DNA of 63,681 nucleotides, the filler included, from Deltaproteobacteria bacterium (GTDB lineage Bacteria; JAUYMQ01), in assembly GCA_030698575.1 (NCBI GenBank). It is 9 parts of 9 records of this genome, joined end to end, with 100 filler letters (N's around TTAATTAATTAA, not from the genome) between each part and the next. Parts side by side here need not be neighbours in the genome. Positions count along the whole stretch, not along the records: positions 57,870 to 63,681 come from JAUYMQ010000550.1; 8 more parts are not named here. The stretch is one strand, 5' to 3'. This document shows, piece after piece, positions 61,002 to 63,681 of the stretch. The position numbers and the translations under genes are program-made. How positions within the stretch are numbered: position 1 is the first letter of the stretch; every line of letters begins with the position of its first letter. The notes under the pieces are model-generated. The model was not told the DNA's origin. It saw only the letters and a list, made by a program, of their open reading frames with translations, and made no database searches.

Positions 61002-63681
61002 TGGAGAGCATCCCCTTCCATCCGATCGTCAGAGCCTGGTTCCGCCACACCTTCGCGGCGCCGACGGCCGTGCAGACGGCCGGCTGGGAGAAGATCGCCG
61101 CAGGCGACGACACCCTGATCGCGGCGCCCACCGGCTCGGGAAAGACGCTCGCCGCCTTTCTCTGGGCCGTGAACCGCCTCGTTGTGGCGGCCGAGAGCGG
61201 CGACCTCGAAGATCGCATCCAGGTCGTTTACGTCTCACCTCTGAAAGCCCTCTCGAACGACATCGAAAAGAACCTCCGCGGCCCCCTGAAAGAGATCCGC
61301 GATCTCGCCGAGGCGGCCGGGACGCCGCTCCCCGAAATTCGCATCGCCGTCCGCACCGGCGACACGCCCGGGCGCGAGCGCCAGCTCATGGTCCGGAAGC
61401 CGCCCCACATTCTCGTCACCACGCCCGAGTCGCTCTACATCCTGCTCACCGCCGGACGGAGCCGCGCCGCGCTCGAAAAGAGCGTCACGGTGATCGTCGA
61501 CGAAATTCACGCCGTGGCCGGGGACAAGCGCGGCGCGCACCTGGCGCTCTCTCTCGAACGGCTCGACCGGCTGGCCGGCCGGGGGCTCCAGCGCATCGGC
61601 CTCTCCGCCACCCAGAAGCCCCTCGACGAAGTCGCGCGGTTGCTCGGCGGCGCGGCCCGCTGCGACAGCGACGGGCGCCCCCGCTGCGCCATCATCGACG
61701 CGGGCCACCGCCGCGAGCTGGACATTCGAATCGAGACCGGCGAGCGTGAGATCAGCGCCATCGCCACCCACGAGCAGCGTGACGAGATCTATGATCGTAT
61801 TGCCGAGCTGGTGGGGCAGCACCGCACCACCATCGTCTTCGTCAACACCCGCCGCCTGGTCGAGCGGGTGGCGCACGCGCTGAGCGACCGGCTGGGCAAG
61901 GACAAGGTCGCCGCGCATCACGGCAGCCTCTCGAAGGAGACCCGGCTCGCTGCCGAGCAGGGGCTGAAGGCGGGCGATATGCCCGTGGTGGTGGCCACGG
62001 CCTCGCTCGAGCTCGGCATCGACGTCGGGCACGTGGATCTCGTGGTTCACCTGGGCGCGCCGCGCGCACTGGCCACGCTGCTCCAGCGCGTGGGGCGCTC
62101 GGGCCACTGGCTGGGAGCGGTTCCCAAGGGGATCGTCCTACCGCTCACGCGCGACGATCTCGTGCAGGCCGCGGCGGCCGTCCGGGCCATCTACGCGGGC
62201 GATCTCGACCGCCTCACAATCCCCGAGAACCCCCTCGATATCCTCGCCCAGCAGATTGTGGCCACGGCTGCGAGCGAGGACATTCCCGTGGAGGAACTCT
62301 GGGACATGGTGCGCCGCGCGCATTCCTACCGCGCTCTTCCTCGCGAAGATTTTGACGCCGTGATCGAAATGCTCTCCGAGGGCATCTCGAGCCGGCGGGG
62401 GCGGCGAAGCGCGCATCTCCACTTCGACCGGGTGAACGGCGTCGTCCGCGCGCGACGGGGCGCGCGGCTCGCGGCCATCACCGGCGGCGGCGCGATCCCG
62501 GACACGGCCGACTACGACGTCATCGCCGAGCCCGCAGGCACCTTCGTGGGGCGCGTCAACGAGGACTTCGCCGTCGAGAGCCTCGCCGGCGACATCATCC
62601 TGCTCGGCAACCGTTCATGGCGGATCCTGCGCGTGGAAGCCGGGAGAATGCGCGTGGCCGACGCCGACGGTCTCCCGCCCACCATCCCCTTCTGGCTGGG
62701 CGAGGCGCCCTCCCGCACCGAAGAGCTTTCGGTCGCCGTCGCCGATCTCCGCCGCGAGGTGGCCGCCCGGCGGGACGATCCCGGCGCGGCCGCGGACTGG
62801 CTCGTCGCCGAAACCCGCGTCGACCGGAGCGGCGCCGAGCAGATCACCACTTACATCAGCGACGCCATGGCCGTTCTGGGCGCCATGCCCACGCTCGACA
62901 CCCTTGTCGCCGAGCGCTTCTTCGACGAGTCCGGCGGCATGCAGCTCGTGCTGCATGCCCCCTTCGGCGGACGGATCAACCGCGCCCTCGGACTCGCGCT
63001 GCGCAAGCGCTTCTGCCTCTCATTCGATTTCGAGCTGCAGGCGGCTGCCACCGACGACGGCATCGTGCTCTCGCTGGGCGAGCAACACAGCTTCCCGCTC
63101 GAGAGCGTCTTCTCGATGGTGCGCTCGCACCTGTTCGAGGAGGATCTCGTGCAGGCGGCGCTCGCCTCGCCCATGTTCACCAACCGCTGGCGCTGGAACG
63201 TGACGCGCTCCCTCGCGGTGCTTCGTCACAGCGGCGGCAAGCGGGTGCCGATGCCCATCCAGCGCATGCGGGCCGAGGATCTGATGGCGTCGGTCTTCCC
63301 GGCCCAGATTGCCTGCGGCGACAACCACGCCGGCCCCATCGAGGCGCCCGATCACCCGCTCGTGAACGAAACGATCGATAACTGCCTGCACGAGGCGATG
63401 GACGCCGAGGGGCTCCGCCGCGTGCTCCAGCGCATCGAGGCGGGCGAGATCCGGACCGTGGCCATCGAGACCCCGGCCCCCTCCCCCCTGTCCCATGAAA
63501 TTCTCAACGCCAACCCCTACGCCTTCCTCGACGACGCGCCGCTCGAGGAGCGCCGCGCGCGGGCCGTCTCGCTCCGCCGCACCGATCCGGATCTCGCGTC
63601 GGGCATCGGCGCCCTCGACGAGTCGGCCATCGCCGAGGTGCGACGGGTCGCCTGGCCCGACGCCCGCGACGCCGACGAGGA
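61001..63681 (+). CDS. lhr: Lhr family ATP-dependent helicase, 3' truncated by window edge
   Basis: GTG overlapping msrB TAG; FHPIVRAWF, APTGSGKT, SPLKAL, TTPESL, DEIH, LSAT, HHGSLS, LELGID, QRVGRSGH (absent from ORF track because no stop). Confidence 0.92.
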   Translation, partial: MESIPFHPIVRAWFRHTFAAPTAVQTAGWEKIAAGDDTLIAAPTGSGKTLAAFLWAVNRLVVAAESGDLEDRIQVVYVSPLKALSNDIEKNLRGPLKEIRDLAEAAGTPLPEIRIAVRTGDTPGRERQLMVRKPPHILVTTPESLYILLTAGRSRAALEKSVTVIVDEIHAVAGDKRGAHLALSLERLDRLAGRGLQRIGLSATQKPLDEVARLLGGAARCDSDGRPRCAIIDAGHRRELDIRIETGEREISAIATHEQRDEIYDRIAELVGQHRTTIVFVNTRRLVERVAHALSDRLGKDKVAAHHGSLSKETRLAAEQGLKAGDMPVVVATASLELGIDVGHVDLVVHLGAPRALATLLQRVGRSGHWLGAVPKGIVLPLTRDDLVQAAAAVRAIYAGDLDRLTIPENPLDILAQQIVATAASEDIPVEELWDMVRRAHSYRALPREDFDAVIEMLSEGISSRRGRRSAHLHFDRVNGVVRARRGARLAAITGGGAIPDTADYDVIAEPAGTFVGRVNEDFAVESLAGDIILLGNRSWRILRVEAGRMRVADADGLPPTIPFWLGEAPSRTEELSVAVADLRREVAARRDDPGAAADWLVAETRVDRSGAEQITTYISDAMAVLGAMPTLDTLVAERFFDESGGMQLVLHAPFGGRINRALGLALRKRFCLSFDFELQAAATDDGIVLSLGEQHSFPLESVFSMVRSHLFEEDLVQAALASPMFTNRWRWNVTRSLAVLRHSGGKRVPMPIQRMRAEDLMASVFPAQIACGDNHAGPIEAPDHPLVNETIDNCLHEAMDAEGLRRVLQRIEAGEIRTVAIETPAPSPLSHEILNANPYAFLDDAPLEERRARAVSLRRTDPDLASGIGALDESAIAEVRRVAWPDARDADE

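Overview
GC-rich bacterial sequence, probably a metagenome-assembled genome of a diderm organism with a deltaproteobacteria/Myxococcota-like gene complement (taxonomy is inference). The window is not contiguous: it is nine contigs joined by eight artificial 100-nt linkers (N44-TTAATTAATTAA-N44), so gene order is only meaningful within a contig. Housekeeping genes include cysK, thiC with a TPP riboswitch, gyrB-gyrA, hemL, the ffh-rpsP-rimM-trmD-rplS-rnhB-yraN cluster, a phosphofructokinase, rsmI, purE, tsaC, folB, polX, glgX, msrB and an Lhr helicase. Several elements are missing from the ORF track: the 3' end of a group IIC intron (48505-48641), a 3'-half tRNA-Gly(CCC) that looks like an att site (38271-38318), a REP-like palindrome, three short repeat arrays, a frameshifted RelE/ParE toxin, and partial Smr, RidA and patatin genes. 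The best candidates for uncharacterised biology are: (i) a ~950-aa PilZ + LuxD-like hydrolase + SAM-methyltransferase fusion split by one in-frame TAA; (ii) an SplB-like radical SAM protein with a Cx6Cx3C motif upstream of msrB-lhr; (iii) an eIF-2B-like gene heading a thiamine-binding/ChdC/YkgJ/DUF4149 operon, divergent from a stand-alone COG1058 gene; (iv) a tandem pair of V4R/H-NOX-like paralogs. No CRISPR array or rRNA was seen. All family assignments are from motif recognition by eye; no database search was run.
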